A stretch of DNA of 64,000 bases, taken from a virus. A program made the position numbers and the translations under genes. The first letter of the stretch is position 1. Each line of letters opens with the position of its first letter. Of this stretch, positions 20,575-30,090 are shown one piece after another. The stretch is from the IMG/VR virus record IMGVR_UViG_3300037468_000371, positions 8,723 through 72,722 of that record. One strand, written 5' to 3'. The notes beneath the pieces were generated by a model. It did not search any database, was not told the origin of the DNA, and saw nothing but the letters and a program-made list of their open reading frames with translations.

Positions 20575-21297
20575 ATGAAGCCGCAGCTACTCATCCAAGA
20601 CCTCTCGACGCTCGGCGCGCACAACGCGGAGCCGAGCCGCACGCGCTCGCGGCTGCTCAAGGCCGGATCGTACAAGCGGCAGCGCGTCGTGGTCATCGTC
20701 CCGGCGCTCGACGCGATCCCGGCGAAGGTCTACCTCTCGCACCTGAACCTGATCTTCCCGCCGAACAACGGCGTGGCGCGCCTGCTCGCGCTCGGCATGG
20801 AGGTCGGCGCGGCGTACTCGACCGCGATCGAGCAGGTGCTCGCGCACCCGGAGCTGTCGACGTGGGAGTACTTGCTCACGCTGGAGCACGACAACCTCCC
20901 CCCGGCGGACGGCGTCGTGCGGCTGGCCGAGAGGATGGAAGCGAATCCGAAGCTATCCTGCATCGGCGGGCTCTACTTCACCAAGGGTGAGGGAGGAGTG
21001 GCGCAGATCTGGGGCGACCCGCGCGACCCGATCCTGAACTTCAGGCCGCAGCCGCCCGACCCGGCGGGCGGTCTGGTCGAGTGCTGCGGAACGGGGATGG
21101 GCTTCAACCTCTGGCGGCTCGGGATGTTCCGCGATGCGCGGCTGCGCCGCCCGTGGTTCGTCACGCAGAGGCACGACGGCGTGATGACGCAGGACCTCTA
21201 CTTCTGGTCCGACGCGCGCAAGTACGGCTACCGCTGCGCGATCGACTGCTCGGTCAAGGTCGGCCACTACGACGCGGCAGCGGACATGATCTGGTAG
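20575..21297 (+). CDS. Glycosyltransferase family 2-like
   Basis: LTLEHD, IGGLYF.K, GTGMGF.L, PWF, QDLYF..DA...GY...DCSVKVGH. Confidence 0.8.
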   Translation: MKPQLLIQDLSTLGAHNAEPSRTRSRLLKAGSYKRQRVVVIVPALDAIPAKVYLSHLNLIFPPNNGVARLLALGMEVGAAYSTAIEQVLAHPELSTWEYLLTLEHDNLPPADGVVRLAERMEANPKLSCIGGLYFTKGEGGVAQIWGDPRDPILNFRPQPPDPAGGLVECCGTGMGFNLWRLGMFRDARLRRPWFVTQRHDGVMTQDLYFWSDARKYGYRCAIDCSVKVGHYDAAADMIW

Positions 21298-21313
21298 CGG
21301 GGAGACAGACACG

Positions 21314-21880
21314 ATGGCGACGAATTCCGTCACGACTTGGATCAGGCCGAGCGCGAAGGCGAAGCGGAAGGCGAAGTTCACCGAGGCGGCGAAGCTCGTG
21401 CTGCTCGACTTCGGCACCGAGAACTCGGCGCGCATCCCGCCCGGGTTCAAGTGGGTTCTCGGTGCCGTCGAGGAGATGGAGCGGATGGCCGACAACAGCG
21501 TCGATGAGGCGCAGTCGATCGGCTACATTCAGCGGCTCGTGATGGCCGAGCGCGTCGCCTTCTTCAACGCGCTGCACCGCATCCTCAAGCCCGGCGCGAA
21601 GTGCCTGATCGCCGTGCCGTATTGGGCGAGCGGCGCGGCCTACGGCGACCCGCGAGCGCAGTGGCCTCCGGTCAGCGAGCACTTCTTCGCCTACCTGAGC
21701 CGTGAGTGGCGCGCGGTGAACGTGCCCGGAATCGACTGGATCACCTGCGACTTCGATCACACGCTCGGCTACAACCTTCACCCCGCCGTGGCGATCCGCG
21801 CGCAGGACTACCAGCAGCACGCCGTCACCTTCTTCAAGGAGGCGGCACAGGACTTGTTCGTGACTCTCGTGAAGCGATAG
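21314..21880 (+). CDS. Methyltransferase-fold protein (degenerate SAM motif)
   Basis: DNSVDE, HRILKPGA....VP, DP motif; motif I reads LDFGTE and the usual LEH is absent. Confidence 0.6.
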   Translation: MATNSVTTWIRPSAKAKRKAKFTEAAKLVLLDFGTENSARIPPGFKWVLGAVEEMERMADNSVDEAQSIGYIQRLVMAERVAFFNALHRILKPGAKCLIAVPYWASGAAYGDPRAQWPPVSEHFFAYLSREWRAVNVPGIDWITCDFDHTLGYNLHPAVAIRAQDYQQHAVTFFKEAAQDLFVTLVKR

Positions 21881-21884
21881 ACCG

Positions 21885-24011
21885 ATGAGCAGCGGTTTCC
21901 AGCCGAACGGCTTCCAGCCCGACGCCCATCAGGGCTCGGGCTCGTCCGGCGCTGGAAACATCTTCTTCGGCGCGGGCGCGGCCTCGCTCGCGCTAGAGAC
22001 GACCGCGACCGGCTCGACGGCGAACGAGACGGTTTGGACGGGCTCGGGCTCCGCCTCGCTCGCTCTCGACGCGACCGCGGCGGGCGGCGTTCTTTGGCGA
22101 AGCAACGCGGGAAGCGCGGAGCTCGCGCTCGACACGACGGCGGCCGGCGAGGACCGTAAGGTCACGCGCTGGTACTTCCACGGCGACGCCGTCCAGAGCA
22201 CGACACCGCCCGTCTCGCCCGCCTACGACGCGGCGTGGGACTACACCAGCGAGACGGTCCGGCGGAAGCCGACGAAGGGGAGGTTCTCCTCCTCGGACTA
22301 CGACGCGCAGCCGAACTGCGGGCCGTTCACCTCGGGCGATCTCGCGCTGGTTCGGCAGTACGTCAGCGATCCGCTTCCGGCGCAGACGTTCGGCGGCACC
22401 GTGCGAGCGGTGTTCCCGCTCCTTGAAGCCCAGCAGGTCGACAACATCGTCCAAGCTCCGGTCGGGATCAAGGTCGTCTCGAACGACGGCGCGACCGTTC
22501 GCGCCGTCCTCCTGCCCGTGGCGATCTACCGCACCTTCGCCGAGGTACCGGCGACGGACAGCGGGAGCGGCTACTACAACAGCCGCAAGATCGTCATTGA
22601 CGAGGCGCTCGCACCTTACACCTGCATCGAGGGGGACCGGCTCGTCTTCGAGTTCGGTTTGTCGGACAACGCCGCTGGAGACGCGCCGACCGGATCCTAT
22701 GCTTGGCTCGGGACAACCGCCGAGCCGGATCACAACTTCGCTGACGGCGAGTCGCACACCGGCGGAAACCCGAGGAACGGCTGGCTGGAGTTCCACGCCG
22801 AGGACTACGTCACCGTCATCAACCTCGCGGTCGGCTCGGCGACCGTCGCGCTGGCGACCACGGCGAAGGGCGGGAGCGTCCATCGTGGAATCCCGACAGC
22901 GGTCGGGCTCGCGCTCGGCGCGACGGCAGTCGGAGCCGCGACCGCCAACGGCTCGGGTTCTGCGGACCTCGCGCTGGATGCGGCAGCTACCGGGAGCATC
23001 GTCGCAGCTGGGTCGGCTAGTGCAGCGCTCGCTCTGGATGCTACCGCCAGCGGTCGCCTCGCGGCGGTGGGCTCGGCGAGCGCCGGGCTCGCCCTCGACG
23101 CCACGGCGAGCGGAAGCGCGGTCCTGCGGGGCTCGGCAGCGGCGGACCTCGCACTCGCCGAGGCGGCGGTCGGTTACCTCGACGCGGTCGGTTCTGGATC
23201 GGTGGCGGTTGCCTTCGATGCGACGGCGGTCGGCGATACCGTCAGCAACGGCACGGTCTGGGCCGGCTCGGGCTCGGCGGCGCTCGCGTTCGAGGAGGGC
23301 GCGGCGGGTTCGCTCCTCGCCCGGGGCGCGGGCGCGGCAACGATCGAAACGGCGGCGACGGGGTCCGGCTCACTCCTCGCTCGTGGCGCGGGCCTCGCAG
23401 CAGTCGGGATCGTCTCGACTGGAGCGGGTCACCTCGTCGCCGCCGGTAGCGCGGCGGCCGGGCTCGCGCTCGGCGCGACGGCCGCCGGAAGCCTCCGCGC
23501 AAGCGGCAGCGGCTCCGCAGCCGTCACGTTCTCCGCGACCGCGGCCGGCGGCTCGGTTTTCGCCGCCGCGGCCGCTGCGGACCTGACAGTAGCCGCCTCG
23601 GCCGTGGGCGGAGCGATATGGCGTGGCCTTGCGGCCGCGGCCGTCGTGCTGGTGGCCGTGGGCGCGGGCTCGATCACGGCGGCCGGGCGCGGCGCGGCGG
23701 CCGTGGCATTCGCGGACGCGGCGGCCGGAAGCCTGACCACCCGCGGCACGGCCACGGCCGCGCTCGTGTTCGCCGAAACGGCCAAGGGCAAGCTGCTCAT
23801 CGCTCCGGACGCCGGGCAGGGTGCAATGGTCCCGGCGGTCGAGCGCGGCGCGGCGCTCGGGTTCACGTCGCTCGGCGCGATCGTTCCGGCGATCGAGCCC
23901 GAAGCCGTCCTCGCCGACACCGAGCGCGGGGCCGTGGTCCCGGCGGTCAGTCGTGGCGCTATCCTTGCCGCCTTCTCGCGCGGCGCAACCGTACCTTCCG
24001 AGGAGGTGTGA
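21885..24011 (+). CDS. Ala/Gly-rich repetitive tail fibre protein
   Basis: N-terminal FQPNGFQPDA; recurring GSASLALDATA.G units around a globular insert. Confidence 0.65.
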   Translation: MSSGFQPNGFQPDAHQGSGSSGAGNIFFGAGAASLALETTATGSTANETVWTGSGSASLALDATAAGGVLWRSNAGSAELALDTTAAGEDRKVTRWYFHGDAVQSTTPPVSPAYDAAWDYTSETVRRKPTKGRFSSSDYDAQPNCGPFTSGDLALVRQYVSDPLPAQTFGGTVRAVFPLLEAQQVDNIVQAPVGIKVVSNDGATVRAVLLPVAIYRTFAEVPATDSGSGYYNSRKIVIDEALAPYTCIEGDRLVFEFGLSDNAAGDAPTGSYAWLGTTAEPDHNFADGESHTGGNPRNGWLEFHAEDYVTVINLAVGSATVALATTAKGGSVHRGIPTAVGLALGATAVGAATANGSGSADLALDAAATGSIVAAGSASAALALDATASGRLAAVGSASAGLALDATASGSAVLRGSAAADLALAEAAVGYLDAVGSGSVAVAFDATAVGDTVSNGTVWAGSGSAALAFEEGAAGSLLARGAGAATIETAATGSGSLLARGAGLAAVGIVSTGAGHLVAAGSAAAGLALGATAAGSLRASGSGSAAVTFSATAAGGSVFAAAAAADLTVAASAVGGAIWRGLAAAAVVLVAVGAGSITAAGRGAAAVAFADAAAGSLTTRGTATAALVFAETAKGKLLIAPDAGQGAMVPAVERGAALGFTSLGAIVPAIEPEAVLADTERGAVVPAVSRGAILAAFSRGATVPSEEV

Positions 24012-24012
24012 T

Positions 24013-24309
24013 GTGGCGTACCTGATTTGGGCGGAGAAGGACCCGGACGATATCGAGGATCGCTTCCTCGACTGGACCGAGCGGCTGTCGGAGGCGGGCG
24101 ACACGGTCGCTACGGCGGTCTGGACCGCGACGCCGAGCGCCGACTCGGACGACCTCGCGCTCGGCACGCAGTCCGAGACGACGACGCACACCTACGTCTG
24201 GCTCTCGAAGGGCCGTCCCGGCATCACCTACCTCGTCACCTGCCACATCGTAACGGCGGGCGGCCGCGAGCTGGACCAGACCGTGAAGATCAAGGTCAAG
24301 GAGCACTGA
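24013..24309 (+). CDS. Phage fibre-tail adaptor protein
   Basis: KDPDD..D...DW, VWLS.G..G..Y.VTC.I.T..GR..DQT; GTG start after GGAGGTG. Confidence 0.75.
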   Translation: MAYLIWAEKDPDDIEDRFLDWTERLSEAGDTVATAVWTATPSADSDDLALGTQSETTTHTYVWLSKGRPGITYLVTCHIVTAGGRELDQTVKIKVKEH

Positions 24310-24692
24310 TGCCCGGCGCTGCGGGCGGACCGAACGTCGAGCTGTGGATCGCCCGCAGCGGCGTCGTGATCGCGCTGTTCATCTGCGTCGCCATCACGAC
24401 GATCGGCGTGCAGGTCGCGCGGCACTACATCAAGCTCTGGAAGACGCAAGGGTTCAACGACGTCTCGTCGAACCTGTGGATCGCGCTGACGTTCACCGTG
24501 GTCCTCGACCTGTTCCTGTTCGCCGTGATGGACATCGGGCAGGCGTTCTCGCTCGTGGTCGACGGGTGGGGCGGGATCGTCGGCATCTCGACGGCGCTGC
24601 TCGGCTTCGCGTTCGGCTATAAGGCGACCACGAAGATCATCGGAAGCAAGGGCGGCGGCGTCGAGGTGATTCCGCCGGGCGGAGGTGGATAA
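24309..24692 (+). CDS. Holin-like membrane protein
   Basis: 127 aa with three hydrophobic segments, upstream of the putative endolysin. Confidence 0.5.
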   Translation: MPGAAGGPNVELWIARSGVVIALFICVAITTIGVQVARHYIKLWKTQGFNDVSSNLWIALTFTVVLDLFLFAVMDIGQAFSLVVDGWGGIVGISTALLGFAFGYKATTKIIGSKGGGVEVIPPGGGG

Positions 24693-25990
24693 TGCAGCGA
24701 CATGAGCTGGCGCAGCTCGCTCTGGATGCGGCGCTCCACGGCCTGCCGGAACCCGAGGTGCCGTGGCGCACGCAACTGCCCGCGAAGCCGTTCTACCTCG
24801 GCCGAGACGGCCGCGGCTACCTATCGACAGGACGCTCGGCCAACATCGAAACGATGGCCGTGGCCGCGTGGCTGATGTTCGTCGCCGCGGGCATCGCCCC
24901 GAGGAAGGAGCGGGCCGCGGCGATCCGCGCGGCCTCGGACCTGCTGCTGGCGAACCGGGCCTGCTTCATGTTGAACGAGTTCGGCTCGACGACCTACTCG
25001 GGCTGGCCGCTGATCGCGTGGGGCGTCGCGGCCCGGGCCGCCGAGCTACTCGGCGAGACGGCGCTGTCCCTTGGGTTCCGCGAGCTACTGACGCAGTGGT
25101 TCGCGCTGGCGCGAGCGTCGATGGCTCCGTGCCCGGCCGATGGCCTGCACGTCGGGGTCGAGTACACGGGGAAGAGCGGCTCGCGCGAGGTGCTCGACGA
25201 GTCCAAGAGCGCGGGGAAGATGGTCGTCACGATCTGTGGCGAGCGTTCCTGGGGGCACGGGCACGGCCTCGGCTACGTGCATCACACGCTCGCCCGCATC
25301 GCATTCAGCATGGAGCAGCCGAAGCCCGTTCGGCAGTTGCCGGATCCGGGCCGGCTCGACTGCTGGCAGGAGCGGGCGCTCGCCCGGCTCGCGCCGCTGT
25401 TCATCACGTGTGCCGCGCCGGCTATGAAGCGTTTCGCCGTGGCGGATTGGCCCGGAATCGTGGCGCTGCTCAAGTACCCGACCGCGCAGCCGTGCGAGCT
25501 GCGCCTGTATGGCGACGGCTCCCGGGTGTTCATCGAAGGCGGCGACGAGCCGGAGCCCGCCGACGAGGACGACAACAGCAACACGCCGCGGATCGCCCTG
25601 ATGGCGGTGTACCGCACGCCGCCGCGCATCCTGTCGCTACCGGCATGGCCCGCGCCGAACACCGGGGACACGCGCATTCGGCAGACAGCGGTCTGGTCCG
25701 ATGTGGATCGGGACGTCCACGGCGGCGGTTGGGTGCTGCTGCATTCGGAGATCGGAGTCGAGCGGAACTCGGATGGCAAGTGGGTCTCGAAGGCCCCGGA
25801 CCCGACCGCGCCGCTGCTGGCCCGGATCACCAGCTTCGGCGGCGGCGGTTGGGTGCTGACGGGGCCGCGTGCCGAGCCGCCGATCACGCCCGCGGGGCCG
25901 GCTGGCGCGGCCGGCGAGGGGGCGCGCGGCCGCCGGCGGCGGCGGCGACCGTTCTGGAGGCGGTTGCTTGGATTGGACAAGGAGGATTGA
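24692..25990 (+). CDS. Hypothetical protein (432 aa)
   Basis: Coupled ORF (TAATG overlap, GGAGG RBS); no recognised motif; Arg-rich C-terminus. Confidence 0.6.
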   Translation: MQRHELAQLALDAALHGLPEPEVPWRTQLPAKPFYLGRDGRGYLSTGRSANIETMAVAAWLMFVAAGIAPRKERAAAIRAASDLLLANRACFMLNEFGSTTYSGWPLIAWGVAARAAELLGETALSLGFRELLTQWFALARASMAPCPADGLHVGVEYTGKSGSREVLDESKSAGKMVVTICGERSWGHGHGLGYVHHTLARIAFSMEQPKPVRQLPDPGRLDCWQERALARLAPLFITCAAPAMKRFAVADWPGIVALLKYPTAQPCELRLYGDGSRVFIEGGDEPEPADEDDNSNTPRIALMAVYRTPPRILSLPAWPAPNTGDTRIRQTAVWSDVDRDVHGGGWVLLHSEIGVERNSDGKWVSKAPDPTAPLLARITSFGGGGWVLTGPRAEPPITPAGPAGAAGEGARGRRRRRRPFWRRLLGLDKED

Positions 25991-26418
25991 TGCCTGACCC
26001 ACCGCTTGTGCTCACGCGGTTCTACTACGGCGCGACCGCCACGATCGGCGCGCTGGAGTTGCCCGACCGGAGGATAGTCTACACAGCCGAGGACGGCTGG
26101 TACGACAACCAGCGCATGGTCTCCTGCATCCCGGATGGCACCTACGCCGTCGTGCCGCGGCGGTTCAACCGCGGCGGCTACGATGCCTGGGAGATCACGG
26201 GGGTTCCCGGCCGCTCGCAGATCCTGATCCATCGCGGTAACACCGCGAACGATGTGACCGGCTGCATCGTCGTCGGCCGGGAGATCGCCTGCATCGGTGG
26301 CGTGCTCGGCGTAGCGAACAGCGCGGCAGCATGGAGCGTGCTGCACGGAGCGATGGGAAACAAGACGTTCCGCCTGGAGATTCGCCCGTTCGGTGGGCTG
26401 AAAGGAACGGCAGCATGA
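25990..26418 (+). CDS. DUF5675 family protein (candidate endolysin)
   Basis: TIG.L, SCIPDGTY, VPGRSQILIH.GNT..D..GCI.VG, NS..A. Confidence 0.8.
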   Translation: MPDPPLVLTRFYYGATATIGALELPDRRIVYTAEDGWYDNQRMVSCIPDGTYAVVPRRFNRGGYDAWEITGVPGRSQILIHRGNTANDVTGCIVVGREIACIGGVLGVANSAAAWSVLHGAMGNKTFRLEIRPFGGLKGTAA

Positions 26419-27278
26419 CCTACGGATGGCTGCGCCTGATGGTGTCGCGCCCTGCCCTGATGATCATGGCGGCGCTCGGCGGGGCCGTAGCGCTCGGCTT
26501 GGCGCAGCGCGCGTGCGCGCCGCCGCCGCCGCCGGCCGTAGGCGGAATCACGCCGGAGTCGCCGCGCACCGAGCCGGCGAAGGATGTGCGCGATGCGCCC
26601 GAGGAGCGGACGCCACCGCCGCCGCAGATCATCGTCATCCGGCCCGGGGAGCGCGACCGCGCCCGGATCGCCGGCGAGATCCAGCGGCCCGACATGGCCC
26701 GCGAGTTCACCGAGGAGTCGATCGACGCGGCGCGCCGCCTCGGCGTGATCACCGAGGAGGAGGCCGCCGCGGCGCTCGCGTCGTACCGCGCAGAGCAGGA
26801 GCGACTGGCCCGAGACAACCGCGATCTGAAGGAGAAGCTGATCCAGTTTGAGCGCGAGCTGGTGGCCCGCCGCACCATTCCCCCCGCGCCGTGGGGCGGC
26901 ACCGCGACGGCGACGACCTCGCGCGTCACGGGTCGAACCGACGTCGATTTCGTGCGCGCCCCGCGGCCTCGCGTCAATTGGCTCTGGGACTTCGGTGTCG
27001 GTGCTCGCTACACATGGTCCGACGCGGAGGTGACAAGCACGACGGGCGAACCGATCGAGGCAGACACTTCGGCGCAGACCGTCGATGCCCATCTGTTCGC
27101 GGAGCCCGTGGAGTTCGGTCGCAGGTTCCCGACCGTTCTGCGGCTGGAGGCGGCCTACGAGAAGTCGATCGAAGGGGACCTGGAGCTGAAGGGCATGAAG
27201 TACTCAGTCACGATGGACACCCATTTCAACCGCGACCGCCGCGTGCGGCGGCGCATGACACAGGAGGAACAGCCATGA
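26415..27278 (+). CDS. Membrane-anchored protein (spanin-like position)
   Basis: N-terminal TM segment, Pro-rich linker, coiled coil, beta-rich C-terminus; follows the endolysin candidate. Confidence 0.45.
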   Translation: MTYGWLRLMVSRPALMIMAALGGAVALGLAQRACAPPPPPAVGGITPESPRTEPAKDVRDAPEERTPPPPQIIVIRPGERDRARIAGEIQRPDMAREFTEESIDAARRLGVITEEEAAAALASYRAEQERLARDNRDLKEKLIQFERELVARRTIPPAPWGGTATATTSRVTGRTDVDFVRAPRPRVNWLWDFGVGARYTWSDAEVTSTTGEPIEADTSAQTVDAHLFAEPVEFGRRFPTVLRLEAAYEKSIEGDLELKGMKYSVTMDTHFNRDRRVRRRMTQEEQP

Positions 27279-27814
27279 GCCTGCCGGGGATCAGGAAGTG
27301 GGACGACGCGAAGGTTCTCGACGAAGCGGCGACGCGGCTCGCCAAGCTCGCGCTCGGCGCGTGCGACGGTCAGAAGCACGGCAACCCGTTCTACGGCGAC
27401 TCGGCCTTCATCGGCTACCCGACCCGCCGCAACACCGAGGCGCTCGTGCGGCTCGCGCTGACGACCGACCCGCTCGCCGTCAGCGACAACTACGACCGTG
27501 GCTTCTCGCTCAAGGAGCTGTTCGCCGCCGCGTGGGAACGTGTCGTCGCGGACGAGGGCGACGACGCGGCGGCCGAGGCGCTGCTGATGAAGAAGTACGA
27601 GGAGATCCTCGCGGGCGAGGTGTGGTCCGGCACGCCCGAGATGATCGACCGCGCGGTCGCGGCGCTCGCCTCCTACGACCCGGAGTCGCTCTGGGTTCAG
27701 TACGTCCAGGCCGCGTGGCCGAACCATCCGCAGACGCCCGGCTCGCCCGGATGGGAAGCGGCCGAGGCCGCCGGCAACCCGCACGAGACGGTGGACAACC
27801 CGTTCCTGCGCTGA
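27275..27814 (+). CDS. Hypothetical protein
   Basis: RBS GGAGG, ATGA overlap; last gene before the terminator. Confidence 0.6.
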   Translation: MSLPGIRKWDDAKVLDEAATRLAKLALGACDGQKHGNPFYGDSAFIGYPTRRNTEALVRLALTTDPLAVSDNYDRGFSLKELFAAAWERVVADEGDDAAAEALLMKKYEEILAGEVWSGTPEMIDRAVAALASYDPESLWVQYVQAAWPNHPQTPGSPGWEAAEAAGNPHETVDNPFLR

Positions 27815-27843
27815 TCTAAGAGGCTTCCGGCGCGTCGCCGGAG

Positions 27844-27908
27844 AAGCCCGTCCCGGACGCCCGCACTCATCCCGCTGCGCGATCCGGGGCGGGCTTTCGT
27901 TTGTTTTC
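27844..27908 (+). terminator. Rho-independent terminator ending the late operon
   Basis: AAGCCCGTCCCGGA...TCCGGGGCGGGCTT stem followed by TCGTTTGTTTTC. Confidence 0.7.
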
Positions 27909-27927
27909 AGTCAGTTAGCGCTCAGGC

Positions 27928-27956
27928 TTTGCGGCTAACCCTGGCGGGTGTAAGGT
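27928..27956 (+). promoter_or_regulatory. Possible sigma70-type promoter for the replication arm
   Basis: TTTGCG-N17-TAAGGT just after the terminator, about 10 nt before an ATG; weak match. Confidence 0.3.
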
Positions 27957-27966
27957 TCACCCCGTC

Positions 27967-28302
27967 ATGAGACCCATGGATATCGAAAGTCCGGAGCTGT
28001 TGGTGCGCGTCGCGCCCGACGACGGCGTGAAGCGCGAGCTGGCCGCCGCGGCCGAAGTCACGATGATCCCGCCGCGTGTCATCGCGGCGGCCGTGCTGAG
28101 GCATTGCCGCGGTCGGTTCCAGGAAATCACGGAGGAGGCGCTGGCCGAAGGGTCCATCGGCCCCGTCCTTGGCTACCGCGTCCACCAGCAGCTAGCACCC
28201 CGGCCGCGCCGCCGCCCGACCGAGAAGCCGGCGGAACGGCGCCGGCCCGCCACCGACAGAGAAGTCGCCGCCGTCGCCGCCCGCCGCCGTCGCGAACGCT
28301 AA
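27967..28302 (+). CDS. Small basic hypothetical protein (possible regulator)
   Basis: First ORF of the replication arm; Arg-rich tail. Confidence 0.5.
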   Translation: MRPMDIESPELLVRVAPDDGVKRELAAAAEVTMIPPRVIAAAVLRHCRGRFQEITEEALAEGSIGPVLGYRVHQQLAPRPRRRPTEKPAERRRPATDREVAAVAARRRRER

Positions 28303-28311
28303 GCACCGGCG

Positions 28312-30090
28312 ATGCAGCCGCAAGAGCCGCAGGTCGAGCTGCTCGACGATCGGACGCTGGCCGTCCGTGGCGCCTTCTTCATCCGTGAGGCAATCAAGGA
28401 GATCCCCGGGCGCCGTTGGGATGCGGCCCGCAGCCTATGGCTGCTGCCGCGGTCGCCGTTCGCGGCCCGCGCGCTGCTCAGCGTCGTGCCCTCGGCCATC
28501 GACGTGCCCGAGGTCGTGGAACTTGCCGGCCATGTGGCCCCGGGGCGCCGGACAGATCCGGAGCTGGACGAGCCGCTGGACAATCACTCGCCCGTAGGCC
28601 CCGCGTGGCTTCACCAGACGCGGGCGGCCCGCTGGCTCCTCGGTAACGATGCGGCCCTGCTGCAATACGGCATGCGCACGGGCAAGACCCGCTCGACCCT
28701 CGATGCGGCCCGCGCCGCGGGCGCTCGGCTCATTCTGGTACTCGCGCCGCTTCGTGCCTGCATGGTCTGGCAGCGCGAGGCCGAAGCCCATCATCCCGGC
28801 TACTTCCGCGTCGTGCGGCTCGATCGCCGCTCCATCCAGCAACGGGCGGCGCAGCTGCGTGAAGAGGTGCGGCTCGCCCTTGCCCCCGGCGGGCAGCCCG
28901 CGGTGATCGCCCTGAACTACGAGGCCGCATGGCGCCCGCTGCTCAGTGAGCCGCTGCTGTCCATTCGGTGGGACGTGCTCGTCCTGGACGAGTGCCATCG
29001 CATCAAGTCGCCCGGCTCACACCAGTCGAAGTTCTGCGGTCGCCTCCAGCGCGCCGCGCGGCGCCGTTGGGCGCTGTCGGGGACACCGCTGGCCCACTCG
29101 CCGATGGACGCCTACGCGATCTTCCGCGCGCTGGACCCCGGCATCTTCGGCACGGCCTTCGGCGCCTTCCGCTCCCGCTACGCGATCCTCGGCGGCTACC
29201 TCGGCCGCGAGGTCGTCGGCTACCGGAACCTTGAGGAGTTCCGCGAGCGCTACTTCTCGATCACGCTCGCGGCCTCCCGTGATGTCCTAGACCTGCCCGA
29301 AGCGATCCACGAGACGGTCGTGATCGAGCTGCCTGCCGAGGCGCGGCGGCTACACGCGCAGGTGAAGGACCATGCGATGGCGATGCTGGCGAGCGGCGAC
29401 GGCGAGATCGTGGCGACGAACGTCCTGACCCAGATGCTGCGGATGTGCCAGATCGCTTCCGGCCATACGCGCGTCGACGACCCCGTGGCCGTGACCGATG
29501 GGCAGATCGGGATCTTCGATCCCGAGGCCGCGCCGGCCGCGCCCGGCGGCCCGCGCACGGTGGAGGTCCATCGCGCGAAGGAGGAGGCCGTCGTCGAGAT
29601 CCTGGGGGACCTCGACCCGCGCGAGCCCGTTGTGGTGTTCTGCCGCTTCCGGCACGACTTGGATCAGGTCGAGCGCGCCACGGCCGCGGCCGGCCGCCTG
29701 TATCGGGAACTGTCGGGCCGCCGCAACGACCTTGAGGACTGGCTCGGCTCGGCCGGCGGCGAGGTGCTCGGCGTGCAGTATCAGGCCGGGGGCGAGGGGA
29801 TCGATCTAGCGCGGGCGAGCTACTGCATCCTGTACAACGATACGTTCGAGCTGGCCAAGTCCGACCAGGCGATTGCCCGCATCCACGGGCCGAAGTCACG
29901 CAACCGTGTGGTCTACTTTCACCTGGTCGCCCGCGGCACCATCGACGAGTATGTGCGGGACACGCTCGTGCGCCGCCGCGATGTGATCGCCCGCGTGCTG
30001 GACGAGCGCGCCCTCGGTAACGGCGGCGGCGGCGCGCCGATCATAGACGAAGACGGGCAGCAGGCCGAAGACGAGGAGGAACCGTTCTGA
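28312..30090 (+). CDS. SNF2-family (SF2) helicase
   Basis: HQ, GMRTGKT, LDECHRIK, LSGTP, VVFCRF, GGEGIDL, QAIARIH. Confidence 0.9.
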   Translation: MQPQEPQVELLDDRTLAVRGAFFIREAIKEIPGRRWDAARSLWLLPRSPFAARALLSVVPSAIDVPEVVELAGHVAPGRRTDPELDEPLDNHSPVGPAWLHQTRAARWLLGNDAALLQYGMRTGKTRSTLDAARAAGARLILVLAPLRACMVWQREAEAHHPGYFRVVRLDRRSIQQRAAQLREEVRLALAPGGQPAVIALNYEAAWRPLLSEPLLSIRWDVLVLDECHRIKSPGSHQSKFCGRLQRAARRRWALSGTPLAHSPMDAYAIFRALDPGIFGTAFGAFRSRYAILGGYLGREVVGYRNLEEFRERYFSITLAASRDVLDLPEAIHETVVIELPAEARRLHAQVKDHAMAMLASGDGEIVATNVLTQMLRMCQIASGHTRVDDPVAVTDGQIGIFDPEAAPAAPGGPRTVEVHRAKEEAVVEILGDLDPREPVVVFCRFRHDLDQVERATAAAGRLYRELSGRRNDLEDWLGSAGGEVLGVQYQAGGEGIDLARASYCILYNDTFELAKSDQAIARIHGPKSRNRVVYFHLVARGTIDEYVRDTLVRRRDVIARVLDERALGNGGGGAPIIDEDGQQAEDEEEPF

